NCBI RefSeq assembly: GCF_963921235.1
Contig: NC_086107.1
Location: 113,090,001-113,154,000, forward strand
DNA from: Mobula hypostoma
Taxonomy: Eukaryota
Direction of reading: 5' to 3'
Length of the DNA stretch: 64,000 nt
Shown here: positions 62,672 to 64,000 of the stretch, in pieces
Layout: each line of letters opens with the position of its first letter
Numbering within the stretch: position 1 is the stretch's first letter
The notes under the pieces: model-generated
Seen by the model: the letters and a program-made list of their open reading frames with translations, nothing else
Told to the model about the DNA's origin: nothing
The model's database searches: none
Translations under genes and position numbers: made by a program

Positions 62672-63375
62672 GGGTGGCAGGGTGGAGATACGTCTCTACC
62701 AAAGGAGGTGTAAGGTGCTCCTTCCCTCCTCTAGCCTGCAGGTCACCTTCGGGCAAGGTGTAGCACCTGCTTAGCCCCCGGAACAGGGCCATGTGAAGCA
62801 ATGGGAGCTGGTCATGCGACCACTGACATCAGACAGACAATCTCTGAAGAGTATTGATAATAGCTGAGGTCACCTACTTGTAATGACACTGCCCAGAAGA
62901 AGACCATAAAACCATAAGATATAGGAGCAGGATTTGGTCATTTTGCCCATTGAGTCTGCTCTACCATTTCATCATGGCTGATCCATTTTCCCTCTCAACC
63001 CCAATCTCTTGCCTTCTCCCCGTATCCTTCATACACTGACTAATCAAGAATCTACCAACCTCTGCCTTAAGTACACCCAATGACTTGACCTCCACAGCTA
63101 CCTGTGCAACAAATTCCACAGATTCACCACTCTCTGGCTGAAGAAATTGCTGCTCATCTCTGTTCTAAATGGACGTCCCTCTATTCTGAGGCTGTGCCCT
63201 TTGGTCTAAGACTTCCTGCACCTTAGGAAACATCCGCTCCACATCCACTCTATCAAGACCTTTCAACATGTGATAGAAGAAGGCAATGGCAAACCACTTC
63301 TGTAGAAATGTTTTCCAAGAACAATCATGGTCGTGGAAAGACCATGATCGCCCTTGTCATATGACATGTCACATG
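62672..63375 (+). mobile_element. Third RTE/BovB-related non-autonomous element, interrupted by a CR1 3' fragment (62903-63274, minus)
   Basis: gaaggcaatggcaaaccacttctg BovB-like motif; CR1 insert flanked by agaagaag TSD (62895-62902, 63275-63282); attacttt occurs on both outer flanks. Confidence 0.7.
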
Positions 63376-63784
63376 AAGAACATACAAATATTACTTTATG
63401 CGTTGTGTGTGTGTTATACTTACTGTGTTGTGCACCTTTGTCCGGAGGAATGTTGTTTCTTTTGGTGGTATACATGTGTATGGTTGGATGACAATAGACT
63501 TGAATTTAATGTTGCTTTGCCTATCAATAAACAGAATCTAATTTTAAACATCAATGGATTGATTTCACCCGGAATATGACAGCACCCCCTCATAGGGCTC
63601 AAACTCCACCCTACCACCGGAGATCACAAAAGGGGAACACTGCGCTGTCTGAGGTTCAGCCAGCTATTAAACGTCCCACCCTCCTCTTTCAGATGGATGG
63701 CAATGATCTCCTGGGAAAATAAGAAGCAAAAGAAAAAAAACACCGAGAAATATCTTGTCGGTCGACAACCCCTAACAAATAGTC

Positions 63785-64000
63785 TGGTGACCCGGTTCGA
63801 TCCTGATCTCCAGTGCTGTCTTTACGGAGTTTGCACGCTCTCCCTGCAACCATATGAGTCCCTTCAGGTGCTCCAATCTCCTCTCACATCCTAAAGGCAA
63901 GCATTAATTGTCTGCTGTGAATTACCAGTTAGTGCCAATGGGTGTTTGATAATCAGCATTAACCCGATGGACCGAAGGGCCTGTATTATTCTGTGACTCT
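63785..64000 (+). mobile_element. V-domain tRNA SINE fragment
   Basis: B box ggttcgatcc, ggagtttgcacgctctccc...ggtgctcc, CR1-like tail ggaccgaagggcctg. Confidence 0.75.

Overview
This is eukaryotic vertebrate genomic DNA made mostly of decayed, nested transposable elements. The repeat inventory (CR1 LINEs, Rex1/Babar LINEs, V-domain tRNA SINEs, Penelope-like elements with minimal hammerhead motifs) points to a cartilaginous fish, probably a ray (inference). No intact autonomous element and no confidently identifiable host gene is present; most of the ORF track is TE debris or low-complexity sequence. Host-like signal is limited to a CpG-rich promoter-like block at ~9.6-9.9 kb (NRF1/ETS motifs, minus-strand donors), two phase-compatible candidate minus-strand exons (1491-1761 and 1-181), a probable CTCF site and a few non-repetitive islands. 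The most notable structures are Penelope-derived inverted-repeat cassettes carrying hammerhead cores, bipartite non-autonomous RTE elements with structured 5' ends, a G-rich minisatellite next to the promoter, and two Tc1 copies interrupted at the same position. Element boundaries were read by eye and are approximate (about 10-30 bp) unless TSDs or TIRs are quoted. Family names come from motif recognition, not database searches.
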